A DNA stretch of 63,924 nt, filler included, from Malassezia furfur (lineage: Eukaryota): assembly GCA_052055015.1 (NCBI GenBank). It is 4 parts of 4 records of this genome, joined end to end, with 100 filler letters (N's around TTAATTAATTAA, not from the genome) between each part and the next. Parts side by side here need not be neighbours in the genome. Positions count along the whole stretch, not along the records: positions 33,260 to 49,728 come from JBQJIT010000248.1; 3 more parts are not named here. One strand, given 5' to 3'. Under the pieces are notes generated by a model. The model saw only the letters and a program-made list of their open reading frames with translations. It was not told the origin of the DNA and searched no databases. Both the position numbers and the translations under genes were made by a program. Positions 33,260 through 44,577 of the stretch are shown one piece after another (the stretch's first letter is position 1; every line of letters starts with the position of its first letter).

Positions 33260-34594
33260 CAGCGTCCCCCCCCTCGAGGCTCGCGAAGCGCCGCAAGGTT
33301 GCGGCCGCCGACGCCGACGACGGCGACGAGGAGCGGAAGCCCGACGCGGCCGACGCCGCGGCCGACGCGCCCGACGCCAAGGGCGACGGCGCGCCCGAAG
33401 CCAAGGCCGTCGACGGCTCGGCGGCGTCGATCGACACCGAGTTCAACGTGCGTGCTCCCCCACTCACCGCAGGAGCCGCCGCGGCGCGAGAAGCCCGCCG
33501 TGATCGAGGAGCGCACCGGGCTCATCCAGTTCCGCGTGGTGACGAACGACGGGCAGCCCGAGTCGGAGGTGATCCTGACCGGGCTCAAAAACATCTTTAT
33601 GCGGCAGCTGCCCAAGATGCCGCGCGAGTACATCACGCGCCTCGTGCTCGACCGCAACCACTGGAGCATGGCGATCGTCAAGCGCGGGCTGCAGGTGGTC
33701 GGCGGGATCACGTACCGCCCGTTCCCGCACCGCGAGTTTGCCGAGATCGTCTTTTGTGCGATCGCGAGCACGGAGCAGGTGAAGGGGTACGGCTCGCACC
33801 TGATGAACCACCTCAAGGACCACGTCAAGGCCGTGTCGCCCGTGAAGCACTTCCTCACGTACGCGGACAACTATGCGATCGGCTACTTTAAGAAGCAGGG
33901 CTTCACCAAGGAGATCACGCTGCCGCGCTCGGTCTGGGTGGGCTACATCAAGGACTATGAGGGCGGCACGCTGATGCAGTGCACCATGGTCCCGCGCGTG
34001 CGCTACCTGGACGTGCAGGACTTTTTGGCCGCGCAGAAGCGGCACATTCAGGCGCGCATCCGCTCGTTTTCGCGGTCGCACATTGTATACCCCGGCCTGT
34101 CGGTCTTTAAGAAGCGCAACGCGAGCACCGCCGCGGCGTCCGACAAGGTGGAGCTGATCGTGCAGCCGAGCGAGGTGCCGGGTCTGCGCGAGACCGGCTG
34201 GACGCCCGAGATGGATGAACTGAGCCGCCGGTCGAAGCGCGGCCCGCACTTTACGGCGATGCGGCACATCCTTGTGGAGCTGAATGGGCACGCGAGTGCG
34301 TGGCCGTTTGTCGCGCCGGTGAATGCGAACGACGTGCCGGACTACTACACGGTGATTACGAACCCGATGGACCTGTCGACGATGGAGACCAAGCTGGAGA
34401 ACAACCAGTACGAGACGGTGGACGATATGGTGAAGGATGCACAGCTCGGTACGTGTGTTGCTTACGCAGTGTTCGACAACTGCAAGCTGTACAACCCCGC
34501 CTCCTCGCCGTACGCCAAGTGCGCGGTGAAGCTCGAAAAATTCCTCTACGACCGGCTGCCTCAGTGGAAGCAGGCCGCCGGCCTGCACGCATGA
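33260..34594 (+). CDS. GCN5: Histone acetyltransferase Gcn5 (5' truncated); introns 33448-33472 and 34449-34469
   Basis: [56 protein letters not shown] and a C-terminal bromodomain. Confidence 0.96.
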   Translation, partial: QRPPPRGSRSAARLRPPTPTTATRSGSPTRPTPRPTRPTPRATARPKPRPSTARRRRSTPSSTCVLPHSPQEPPRREKPAVIEERTGLIQFRVVTNDGQPESEVILTGLKNIFMRQLPKMPREYITRLVLDRNHWSMAIVKRGLQVVGGITYRPFPHREFAEIVFCAIASTEQVKGYGSHLMNHLKDHVKAVSPVKHFLTYADNYAIGYFKKQGFTKEITLPRSVWVGYIKDYEGGTLMQCTMVPRVRYLDVQDFLAAQKRHIQARIRSFSRSHIVYPGLSVFKKRNASTAAASDKVELIVQPSEVPGLRETGWTPEMDELSRRSKRGPHFTAMRHILVELNGHASAWPFVAPVNANDVPDYYTVITNPMDLSTMETKLENNQYETVDDMVKDAQLGTCVAYAVFDNCKLYNPASSPYAKCAVKLEKFLYDRLPQWKQAAGLHA

Positions 34595-34844
34595 GCGCAC
34601 GTCATTCTGCGCGTGGGTGACATCCGCGCCCGATTTCATACCCCACGATCGGCCCGTTGCGGCCCGCTCATTCGCCCCCGTGTGTGGAGACGCCGGCGCG
34701 CCCTGGACCCGCGCCAATCAGCGGCGGCGCCGTTGATGAACGGCGTACAGGGCATCTGGACGTGAAAATCCTTCCCCAGAGCATGAGGTCGGTCCCGGGT
34801 TTGCCCTAGTTGATCCGCTGTGTATCTTGCTCCTTGTACATCGC

Positions 34845-35324
34845 ATGCTTCATATACAACAGGGGCAGTGGCCCGCAGGCCCTCCAGCGCACTCGCCCTC
34901 GCTCGCCGCCAGTAGCCACCTCGCCAGCGCGCCGCTGGCGCAAAGCACCTCCGCGTCCTTGTCCCAGGAGCCCTCCGCGCCGATGCAGGTCTGCTCCGCG
35001 CTCTCGCAGGGCGTCGACCCCAGCTATCTCTCCCAGCGGCTCACCTCGTTCCTCATCGACACCCAGGGCGGCGACGACCAGGTGCAGAGCGTCTGGGACG
35101 CGTGGCACAACAACGCGAAACAGGACGCCCTCCCCCTGGGCCTCCTCGACAAGCCACAGACCGCCGCGCCGCCCGTGACGCCGCCCAACGGCCCGACGGT
35201 GCTCAGCGACCTCAAGGTGGACCACACGCCGTCGTCGTGCGCGTCCTCCGACCCCACCGATACCTTGTCGTCCCTGTCGTTCGACCGGCTCTCACTGGGC
35301 GCCGCCGACGACAGACGACTGTAA
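34845..35324 (+). CDS. Small hypothetical protein (~159 aa)
   Basis: Open frame with C/G-ending codons filling an otherwise empty interval. No recognisable domain. Confidence 0.5.
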   Translation: MLHIQQGQWPAGPPAHSPSLAASSHLASAPLAQSTSASLSQEPSAPMQVCSALSQGVDPSYLSQRLTSFLIDTQGGDDQVQSVWDAWHNNAKQDALPLGLLDKPQTAAPPVTPPNGPTVLSDLKVDHTPSSCASSDPTDTLSSLSFDRLSLGAADDRRL

Positions 35325-35433
35325 CGACACCCTTGCCTATGCCGCCCATTTGTTCATTCACCCGTTCGCTGTTTTTTTTGTACGATAGTCCATGTTCTGC
35401 CACCGTGTAGTTCTATGAATGCGGATCCTCGTT

Positions 35434-36179
35434 TTAGGCCTCCTTCTTGGGCGCCGCGCGAGCCATGCGCAACAACGCGCGGCTGCTGCGTACCAGCAGG
35501 TACAGCGGCACAACAACCTGGGTGAGCACAACCACATACCCATACGCTGTGCCGTTAGCCTGCTGTCCTCTTGGGCCCGTACGTACCTGTTGCTCGCCAT
35601 GAGGTAAAAGTAGAGGTGCAGGGGGTTGTCGGTCGACAGCGACTGGGTCAGGCACGCACCCACATACCGGCGCGTTCGTGAGCCATTCGGGGACAAACGT
35701 CATCTGCGATCAGCGCTCCACGTACATAGTCGCCGTACAGCTCGGCGCCGCACAGAAGCACGAGCCACACGTGGTAGCCAGCGTCGCGGCGCAGCACGAG
35801 CCACGCCGTGTACGCTGCGAGGGGGCCCGTGAGCACGACGGTCAGCAGCTCCACCGACACGATGCCGGCGTCTGCGACGGCCCAGCGCCGGTCCGCGTAG
35901 CTGTACTCTTGCCAGACCGACGCAAAGAACCCGTGCGAGGTCTCGACGGTGCGCCCTTGCAGCGACAGCCACACAAAGGGGCCTTCCACTGCGGTGAGAC
36001 GCGGGCGACGTACAAAACACATGGATCAGTGCGTCAAACATGAGCCAAAAGTAGAGCAGCCGCTGGCCCTTGGGCAGCCCGCGCTGGTGCGCGACGTGGG
36101 CACAGCCCCACGCCGCCGCCAGCAGGCCGCCGACGTAGCCGATGGAGAAGAGCGTCTGAGCAAGCGCAGCGGTCACCAT
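35434..36179 (-). CDS. Emopamil-binding protein (EBP/EBPL, EXPERA) family membrane protein; five introns including a 7-nt micro-exon
   Basis: FWLMFDALIHVF|VEGPF, WQEYSYADRRW, VSVELLTV, AELYG, MTFVPEWL and N|SVW|VVVPLYLL. Confidence 0.85.
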
Positions 36180-36253
36180 TCTTCGCGTCCGGACGTGCGC
36201 CGATCTGGATCGGGGGCAAGAAGCGGGGGAGGAGGAAGGAGTGGGAGGAGAGA

Positions 36254-36829
36254 CTATGCAAGAAATACGTGCTCCAGCTCGGCCAGCCGAGCCTGGAACG
36301 ATGCAATGCGGTCGGCCTGCGCGGCCCACTGAGCGCGGCGCTGGGCGAGTTCCGCGGCGGGGTCGCGTGAGGAGTGGTGCGCCAGTTCGTGCTCGACCGT
36401 CTCCCAGTCGGGCTCTGCAACCGTGTCGAGGCGCACGCGTGCGAGCTCCGCACACAGCGCTTGCAGCTTGGCGAGCGCTTCGGCGGCCTCGGGCGAGTCG
36501 GACGGCGCCTGGGTCTTGGTGCGCGGCCGTGGCCGCGTCGCGGCATGCAGGAGCGAGTCGGCGGCGCCGCGCAGCTCGCCGACGGTGCGGCCGAGCGGCG
36601 CGCCGACGGTGTTGAAGCCCGTGTCGAAGCCCGCCTGCATGTGCTGGAGCTTGCCCTCTTCGAGGCCCTGGCGGTAGCCGATCTGCGTGAGTGTGTAGGG
36701 ACGTACGTTGTGGAACTGTGCTTCCATCTTTTTGCGGTCACGCTGCTCCATGTCCTTCCCGCGCTCCGGCGCGTCGTCCTCGTCGGAGACGAGCCAGTCG
36801 TCGTCCGCGTCGTCGCTGCTGGGTGCCAT
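36254..36829 (-). CDS. YAE1: Yae1-family protein (deca-GX3 motif); intron 36683-36706
   Basis: FHN|IGYRQGLEEGKLQHMQAGFDTGFNTVGAPLGRTVGELRG. Confidence 0.78.
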   Translation of the reverse strand: MAPSSDDADDDWLVSDEDDAPERGKDMEQRDRKKMEAQFHNVRPYTLTQIGYRQGLEEGKLQHMQAGFDTGFNTVGAPLGRTVGELRGAADSLLHAATRPRPRTKTQAPSDSPEAAEALAKLQALCAELARVRLDTVAEPDWETVEHELAHHSSRDPAAELAQRRAQWAAQADRIASFQARLAELEHVFLA

Positions 36830-36909
36830 GGTGTCGCAGCCTGGCACGGTCCGAAGAAGCGAAAATTGGCCCGATTTGGCACACGTCACTCCACACGGCT
36901 CCCTCCACG

Positions 36910-38068
36910 ATGCACAATGTTCGGCGCACGGCGCGCGAGGTGCTGAGCGACGAGGCGGTCGCGGCACGGCGCGCGCAGGAGCAGGAGAGTCTGCGGGCAT
37001 ACAAGGAGCGCGAGGATGCATACCTCGAGCACGTACGTCACCCCCCCTCACGCAGCGGCGCAACGGCGATGTGTCGGACGACGCACTGGCAAGCACCACG
37101 ACGCTTCTCTCGCTGAACCCCGAGTACTACTCGGTGTGGAACTACCGGCGCGAGATTCTGCTGCGCCGCTTTGCCGAGGCCGGCGCGGACGGCGCGGCGG
37201 TGCGCATGCAGCTGCTCGCCGAGGACCTAATGCTGACGCAGGAGAGTATGCGGACGCATCCGAAGGTGTACTGGCTGTGGAACCACCGGCGGTGGTGCCT
37301 CGAGATGCTGCCGCCTGCCGACGAGGCGCACGGCGGCGCCGCGGCCAAGTGGCGCAAGGAGCTCGCGCTCGTCGACGTGATGCTCGGCATGGATCCGCGC
37401 AACTTTATGGGGTGGAACTACCGGCGGTACGTCGTGTCGGAGCTGGCGTCGGCGCTCGTGGGCGGCGGTGCGCCGGCGTTCCCCGCGTCGCTGTCGTCCG
37501 ATGCGCTGAGCGCCGATGCGCGCGCCGCGCAGCTCGCGCTGGCGCACGAAGAGCTCCAGTATACGCTGCGGAAGATCGAGTCCAACTTTAGCAACTTTAG
37601 TGCATGGCACTACCGCTCGAAGCTGCTCCCCCGCGTGTGGGACGCCCAGGGCCTGGACGATGCGGCGCGTGCCGCGGCGCGCGAGGAGGGTGCGTGTGGG
37701 CCACTCACGCAGAGTTTGCGCTGCTGCAGCAGGCGATGTACACCGACCCGAGCGACCAAAGTGTCTGGCTGTACCATAGCTGGCTGGTGGGCGCTGCGCC
37801 GAGCCAAGCGACGCTCGAGGCGCAGATCGGCGTGATTGAGGAGCTCGCGGAGCTCGAGCCGGAGAGCAAGTGTACGTGGGCGGCTGACGCAGGGTGCCTC
37901 GAGAGCCTGGCGCGGTACAAGCGGCAGCTGGTGTCGCTGCACGGCGCGGCGCTGGGTGCGGCCGCGGCGTCGGCGCGCGAGGCCGAGGCGCAGGCGCACC
38001 TTGCTGCGTTGGTGCGTATTGACCCACTACGTCGTGCGCGCTATGAGGAGCTGGCGCAGGGCGCCTAG
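36910..38068 (+). CDS. BET4: Rab geranylgeranyltransferase alpha subunit; three short introns
   Basis: MHNVRR start, PPTA repeats (NPEYYSVWNYRR, HPKVYWLWNHRRW, DPRNFMGWNYRR, NFSNFSAWHYR, TDPSDQSVWLY) and IDPLRRARY. Confidence 0.92.
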
Positions 38069-40303
38069 TCGTACTCGCGGACAAACACCATCTTGCCGAC
38101 GCCCTCGCGGGGGTTGTACTCGATGTACTCCTCCGAGTCGTGTCCGTCATCGTCGCCGTAGAACGAGTAGCCGCTCGTGCCGTAGCACTGGTTCTTGGAC
38201 GGGATGTCCTGGTCCTTGGCGATGCGGAGCGAGCCGATCGGCAGGCCGGTGCGGATGTCGCACTCGTTCCCGGCGAGGTCGATGTAGGTCTGCGTCGCGT
38301 GGATGTTGGCGGCCTTGAAGGCGCTGCGTAAGCGGGAGAGACGTACTCGATGATGTCGCGCTGCACCGCGTACAGGTACTGCTCGAGCGCCTTGAGGAAG
38401 CGCTGCGTCTGGAGGTGCTTGGACGAGACGCAGATCGTCAGCTTGTGGTCCTGGATGATGTAGCCGATGCCGAAGCCGTCCTGGACCACGGGCCCGAAGC
38501 CAAAGATGCGCAGCGACGGATTGCCGCAGTTGGACGTCGACAGGACGACGTGGTTGAGCGTCTTGTACCCCGAGTCCTTGAAGAACTCGGGCACCTTTTC
38601 GCCGCGCGCGCCGTGCTGCTTGCGCCAGAGGGCGAGGAGCGAGTAGAGGTGGCTGCGTCAGAAAAAGGCACCTACCGGTCAAAGCCGCGGCCGGCGGCGG
38701 CCTCCTTCGAGAGGCGCGTGTGCCCGGCGCAGGCGTCGCGCAGCGCCTGCAGCTTGTCCTGCAGCGTGGCCTCCGGGTTGACCCACGCCTCGACGAACGC
38801 CATCGTGTGCGGCTGCACGGTGCGGATGGTTTCGGTGCGCCCGCGCAGGAAGGCCTTGGTCATCGCCGGCTCGTACGTGGGCGCCGCGCGGCCGTAGAGC
38901 GTGTAGTAGGTCGCCTGGAACGCCATCTGGACGAATGCGTCCGGCGAGAAGCCGTGGTTCGTGATGAAGCGCTTGCCGTACCCCTTGAACTCGAGCACGA
39001 AGCACTCGTTCTGGCAGATCAGGTCGGAGAGGCGCATCTCGGCGTGCTGGATGCTGCGCACGAGGCGCGGCGTGAGCGTCCACTCGAGGCGGCGCGGCGT
39101 CGTGCGCGCCTGCACGTCGGAGAGCATGTCCGAGCTGGCGCGCTTGTGCTTGCGGGCCTCGCTGCGGGCGAACGGCGAGATCTTTGCCTGGAAGAGGCTC
39201 TTGGTGTTGGGGTTGATGGAGCGCGCAAACTGCAGGATGAGCTCGGTGTAGATGTCGCCGACGAAGCGCAGCACCGTGTGGCCGTCCGCGGAGGAGTGCT
39301 CAAAGTTGACGCCCGCCGCGCCGTTCTTGCACACGATGATCTGCAGCTTGTCGTACCAGCGGTTGAGACACGTGCCAACCTGGCGGCCGTCGTGCAGGCG
39401 GTACGTGCCGCACAGCATGTTGTTCGTCAGGTCCGTCACGTCCGCGGGCGCGTCGTCGTCGAGGCACAGCACGAACAGCGCCGAGTCGATCATCGACAGG
39501 TTGCGCCGGTTGTGCGGCTCCTCTTCGAGCTTGGTGCGCAGCTCGTACCAGGTGCGCCGCTTCTCGGTGCTCAGCACGCCGATCGGCTCCTGCCCCGCGT
39601 GCTCGCCGCCGGCGCCGTCCGCGTCGCGCACGATCGCACGCAGCGTCGCGACCAGCTCCGACTCGGTGAGCAGCGAGCGGTGCTCCTGGTCGAGCACCTC
39701 GAACCAGTACAGCTGGCCCTTGCGCATCACCACAATGTGCCGGCTATCGGAAAAGAGGCGCTGCTTGCACCCGTGCTCCGTGGGGACGCGCGCGAGGCCA
39801 AACAGCCGTTTGTACTGGTACATGTCGAGGGGCGCTGGGTGAGCTTACGACGTACTGCCGCGGAACGAGTCGGGCTCGAGCACCTCGTGGCGCAGGTCAT
39901 GGATGAACGACAGGCTCGCGAGCGTCAGGTTCGCGGCGCGGCGCAGCTGCGAGCCGCGCGCGGGGTCCGGCTCATCCCTGCGTCAGTGGGCGCATACGCA
40001 CTCGAGGATGAAGAAGGGGTTCAGGTTGAGCACGACGCTGTCGTTGCCGAGCAGGTAGCTGTCGTCCCAGAACTCCTCGATGTAGCTGAGCTGCGTCTCG
40101 GCGTAGGCGAGGAGCTCCTTCTGCATCTGGGGTCCCTCGTTCTGCAGGAAGCGCTCCACGACGCGCTGCGTGTGTGCATGCTGCTCGGGCGTCTGGAGCG
40201 GCGCAAGGCTCACGAGAAACTTTTCACAAGACTCTTCGAGGCTCGGCACGGCGAGCTTGGGCAGCTCGTCCTGCCGGGCAAAGGTCACCTTGTTCGCAGC
40301 CAT
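38065..40303 (-). CDS. YAT1: Carnitine O-acetyltransferase Yat1-like; four short introns
   Basis: LPKLAVPSLEESC, VVLNLNPFFILE, NRWYDKLQIIV, catalytic EHSSADG, YEPAMTKAFLRGRTETIR and STSNCGNPSLRIFGFGPV. Confidence 0.9.
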
Positions 40304-40417
40304 GAATGCGGGGGAGGGGCAGGCAAGTGTCAGGTTCCCCGCACAGACCCCGGCCGGTGTAATTCGCCGACGCTTGTTGGGGGAGATTTGGGCCACGTGT
40401 CCTACGAAATCCACTAA

Positions 40418-43033
40418 TCATGGCTTGGCGTCGGCGCGATCGCGGACTTGCGCGAGCAGCGACGAAGCGATACGTCCTTTGATTTCCGACTCGACCGCCT
40501 CGGCGTTCCCCTCGGCGTCCTTGCCCTCGCCGCTGACCTGCTCCGCGAGCTCCAGCTTGCGGTCCGCGAGCGCGAGGATGTCCTCGTCGATCGTGCCCCG
40601 GCTGATCAGCTTGACGACCGTCACCGGCTTCGTCTGCCCGATGCGGTAGCACCGGTCGGTCGCCTGCTTGTCGTTCTGCGGGTTAAAGTCCTGGTCGAAC
40701 AGCACGACCCAGTTCGCCGCCACGAGGTTGATCCCGAGGCCGCCCGCGCGCGTCGACAGGAGGAAGACGGGGATCGACGTGTCGTTCGTGAAGCGGTCGA
40801 CAATGTGCTGCCGGTCGCCGACGTTCGTCTGGCCGGTGAACCCGACGTAGGGCACGCCGAGGTGCTCCAGACACACACATAGGATGTCGAGCATCGACGT
40901 AAACTGGCTGAACACGAGGATGCGGTCGCCGTTCGCGCGCGCCTCGTCGATGACGCGCTTCAGCGCCTGCACCTTGCCCGAGTTCATCCACTCCTCGGGC
41001 GGCAGCACGTGCTTCTGTGTGGCCTTCCACGAGCGCGCGAGCAGCGACAGCTCCGCGTCGGTGTTGATCGCAAAGTCCTCCTTGAGGTGCGTCAGGTTCT
41101 CCTCGGCATGCTCCGGCTCGCGCATATAGTCGCGCGCGAGCGCCGCGATGCGCTTCTCGGTGTAGAGCCGGCGGAAGAGCAGGGGGTGGTTCGCCGCCTT
41201 GCGCAGGTCCATCAGCACGTTGCTCGTGTCGCGTGCCGACGCCTTCTTGGCGCCCTTCGCCGGCGCGTCGTCCGCCTCGGCGAGCGCCGACTTGGTGCGC
41301 TGCAGCGCGTCCTGGTACAGCGCGCGCTGTGCGTCGGTCAGCTCGCAGTACTCGACGCGCTCCGTCTTCTTCGTGAGGCCGAGGAGCACCTTGTCCTTGC
41401 GCCGGCGCAGCACAAACGGCCGCATCATGCGCTTGGCGCGCATCACGCGCTGCTGCGACAGCGGCGACGTGCCGGCGCCGGGCTTCGCCTTGAAGATGGC
41501 CGCGAGCGCGTCCTCTGCGGAGACAAAGTACTCGGGCAGGATGAAGCTCAGCAGCGAGATGAGCTCCTGCAGGTTGTTCTGCAGCGGCGTGCCGGTGAGC
41601 AGCAGGCGCCAGCGCGCGGCGATCTTCATGAGCTTCTCGTACTTCTGCGAGCGGCGGTTCTTGAGCATGTGCCCCTCGTCGTACACACACACGTCGAAGC
41701 CGCACTTGCGCAGGAACTTGTGGTCGTCGCCGGCGGTCGCCATGTCGTACGTGGTGAGCATCACGTCGTAGTCGCTGCGCTCGCGCAGGTCCATGCGCAG
41801 CTCGCGGCGCTCCGCCTGCGAGCCGTAGTACACCTCGACGCGCAGCGCCGGGCAGAAGTGCTGCAGCTCGCGCGACCAGTTCTCCAGCACGGATGAGGGC
41901 ACAATGATCAGGTGCGGCCCGCGGCGGGGGCCCTGCTGCTTGAGGTGCGCGAGGAAGGCAATCACCTGCGCCGTCTTCCCGAGGCCCATCTCGTCCGCCA
42001 GGATGCACGAGATCTGCTTCCGGTACAGCAGGTGCAGCCAGCTCACGCCGAGCAGCTGGTAGTCCTTGAGCGTGATGCCCTCGGCGAGGTTCGAGGGCTG
42101 CTCGTGCAGGTAGTATTCGTCGTCCACCGCCCCGTCGCGCTTCACCTCGGACAGGTTCACGGCGCCGAGCGAGTCCTCGCCGGCGTCCGCGGTCGTCTGC
42201 CAGCTGCGCATCGCCGCGTCGAGCTCGGCACCGACCGCCTCGCACTTGGCCAGCACGTCGTCGACCTCCATGTAGCCGGCCATCAGCTCGACGCAGTTCG
42301 CAAACAGCCGCGGCGACACGCCCTTCGCCGACTTGTCGCCCAGCCGCTCGTACACGTCGTCCACCGACGCAAACGGACGCAGCGACAGGATCGTGCGCGC
42401 CTGCTCCGGCGTGCAGTTGATGCTATCCACCATGCTGTTCGCGTCGCACTTGTTGAACCAGCCGAGCGCGAGCGTCTGCTCGTACTGCTGCCGCGCATCC
42501 ATGTCGACCGCTGCCTCGTCGTCCGACGAGTCGCCGTCAAACTCGACCGACGCATCGCTGTCCGAGTCGTCCATCACGCGCGACTTGCGCTTCGCGGGGC
42601 GCTTCGGCGGGGGCCGCGCCGCGGGCGCGGGCGCGGGCGCATGCACAGGCGCGGGCGGAGGCGCCGGGGTTGGCGCAGGCACAGGCGCGGGCGGCGGCGC
42701 AACCGTCTTGGGCCGCAGCTTCTCGATCGCGACGCCCAGGTCGTAGTTGGAGGCGCGCAGCACCTCGACACACTGCTCCACGGAGTAGCTCGAAAACAGA
42801 CGCGCAAGACGCGTCGCCTTGATCTGCACGATGCTGTCCGACGGCGTGTAGCTGGACGGGCGCGCGGGCGGCGCGTCGGAGCCCGGCGCGCGGTACTGGT
42901 ATGCCTCGAGGCTGCGTCGGAACATATCGTCGTCCGTGCGTGTCTTCTTGTTCGCGGGCGCGTCGGACGGCGCCGCGCGCGTCGGGCTGGAGTCGGGCGC
43001 CAGCACCACCGGGTCGTGCGCCGATCCACTCAT
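40418..43033 (-). CDS. FUN30: SNF2-family chromatin remodeller Fun30/SMARCAD1
   Basis: CUE-like N-terminus, ILADEMGLGKT, DEGHMLKN, TGTPLQNN, LRKAANHPLLFR and DFNPQND. Confidence 0.9.
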   Translation of the reverse strand: MSGSAHDPVVLAPDSSPTRAAPSDAPANKKTRTDDDMFRRSLEAYQYRAPGSDAPPARPSSYTPSDSIVQIKATRLARLFSSYSVEQCVEVLRASNYDLGVAIEKLRPKTVAPPPAPVPAPTPAPPPAPVHAPAPAPAARPPPKRPAKRKSRVMDDSDSDASVEFDGDSSDDEAAVDMDARQQYEQTLALGWFNKCDANSMVDSINCTPEQARTILSLRPFASVDDVYERLGDKSAKGVSPRLFANCVELMAGYMEVDDVLAKCEAVGAELDAAMRSWQTTADAGEDSLGAVNLSEVKRDGAVDDEYYLHEQPSNLAEGITLKDYQLLGVSWLHLLYRKQISCILADEMGLGKTAQVIAFLAHLKQQGPRRGPHLIIVPSSVLENWSRELQHFCPALRVEVYYGSQAERRELRMDLRERSDYDVMLTTYDMATAGDDHKFLRKCGFDVCVYDEGHMLKNRRSQKYEKLMKIAARWRLLLTGTPLQNNLQELISLLSFILPEYFVSAEDALAAIFKAKPGAGTSPLSQQRVMRAKRMMRPFVLRRRKDKVLLGLTKKTERVEYCELTDAQRALYQDALQRTKSALAEADDAPAKGAKKASARDTSNVLMDLRKAANHPLLFRRLYTEKRIAALARDYMREPEHAEENLTHLKEDFAINTDAELSLLARSWKATQKHVLPPEEWMNSGKVQALKRVIDEARANGDRILVFSQFTSMLDILCVCLEHLGVPYVGFTGQTNVGDRQHIVDRFTNDTSIPVFLLSTRAGGLGINLVAANWVVLFDQDFNPQNDKQATDRCYRIGQTKPVTVVKLISRGTIDEDILALADRKLELAEQVSGEGKDAEGNAEAVESEIKGRIASSLLAQVRDRADAKP

Positions 43034-43124
43034 CCGAACACAGAGAAGGTTAAAAACCACGGACGCGCGACGCGTCGACTTAATTCCCCGCGCACGCGCG
43101 CTCGGCCGGTAGGTCCTATGAACG

Positions 43125-44485
43125 CTACTCCTCCTCCTCCTCCTCGTCGCTGTCCTGCTGCTCGATGAACTTGACGAGCGGCTCGGCGAGCTTGACAAAG
43201 TGCTGCTTGCCCTGCGGCTTCGCACCCTTCTGTGCCCAGTAGATGATCGCACCGTCCGACAGGACATCCTTGTTGTATAGGATCTTGAGCAGCGTCGGGA
43301 ACGACTTGAAGACACGCGTATCCGTGTAGCAGTGCAGCTGGATCGCATTGATCAGCGCGATCTGCGCGCGCGCCGTCGACGCGAACGGCTCCAGCACACC
43401 CGCGAGGCGCTCGACCTCGCGCGGGACAATCATCTCGAGCTGGTCCTGCTTCGTCTCGGCGTCGATGCCGCGCATCATCCCCTCGAAGACGACCACGACA
43501 AACTCTTCCGGCGAGGCGCCGAGCTTCTTTTGGCGCTCCTGGAGCATCTCGAGGATCTCCTGCGGGGAGACATCCTCCTTCTCGACGAGCTCGGCGAGCG
43601 TCGCCGCGGTCTGCTCGCGCAGCTCCTTGGTCTGCCGGCGCGCATAGTACTCGGCGACCTGCGGCAGGTTCACTTCGGGCGAGCGGAAGTACTGCGAGAT
43701 GACGTCCGGCTGCGCGCGCTTCGTCTGGGGGAAGAAGAGTAGCCAGTCGCGGATGCCGCCCTTGCGCAGCGTCGATGCAAGGTGCTCCATACTCTGGTCC
43801 TGCAGGTAGGTGCGGAAGACGATGGTGATAAAGTGCAGCGCCAAGTCGTCCTTGGTGAGGTGGTCCTTTTGCAGCGGCGACAGAATGCTCGCATTCGTCA
43901 GCCCCATCTGAATCGAGAGCGCACACGCAACCGCCAGCTTGTTCACCTGCACGGGGTCGTAGCGGTTGATGTACTGCAGAATGCCCTTCATCGAGGTCTC
44001 TTCGAGCGGCTTTTGGAGGAACTTGTAGCGGCGGATCATCTTTTCGATCACCTCGACATACGGGCGCACGTCCTCGATCTTGTCGCTCTTTGCCGCAAAG
44101 ATCGAAAAGGCGCTCATCGGCGCGCCATCGTCGACGTAGGAGCCGCCCGGCGCCAGCAGACCTCCGACGATCAGAATCTCAAAGAGCTGGTCGGTGTACT
44201 TGCGGTAGTCGAGCTGCGTGAGTACGCACACGTACCGTGTTGCCTGCCTTGTCGAGGCTGCTCAGGTAACCATCCCAGTCGCCCGGCTGGATGGTCTCAA
44301 AGTACTTGTACAGCGAGTTGCGGAAGACTTCTGGCTCAAACTTGGCCTGGGACTTGACAGCGCCCTTCCTCTGCTTGATCCTGGCGTAAGTGGCCCACGT
44401 ACCTCGATCCCGTAAGAGTCGGCTTGTTGTTTCCCGTCGGAGCAGTTGGACTGGGTCAGCCACACACGTACGGCGTAGAGGTCAT
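43125..44485 (-). CDS. BZW: eIF5-mimic protein (BZW/5MP, W2 domain); introns of 21, 22 and 22 nt
   Basis: Spliced N-terminus MTSTPPTAPTGNNKPTLTGSRIKQRKG, LDYRKYTDQLFEILIVGGLLAPGG and a W2 C-terminus with acidic tail. Confidence 0.88.
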
Positions 44486-44551
44486 AAAAAGAGGTGCAGT
44501 CGGCGCCACGGACCAGAACGAGCGCCCGCACCGCCAGGGCGCGGCGGAGAG

Positions 44552-44561
44552 GTCACGTGAC
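44552..44561. promoter_or_regulatory. GTCACGTGAC extended E-box in the BZW/ArfGAP bidirectional promoter
   Basis: Perfect 10-bp palindrome between divergent ATGs (44485 and 44578). Confidence 0.62.
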
Positions 44562-44577
44562 ACACTCACACCAACAC

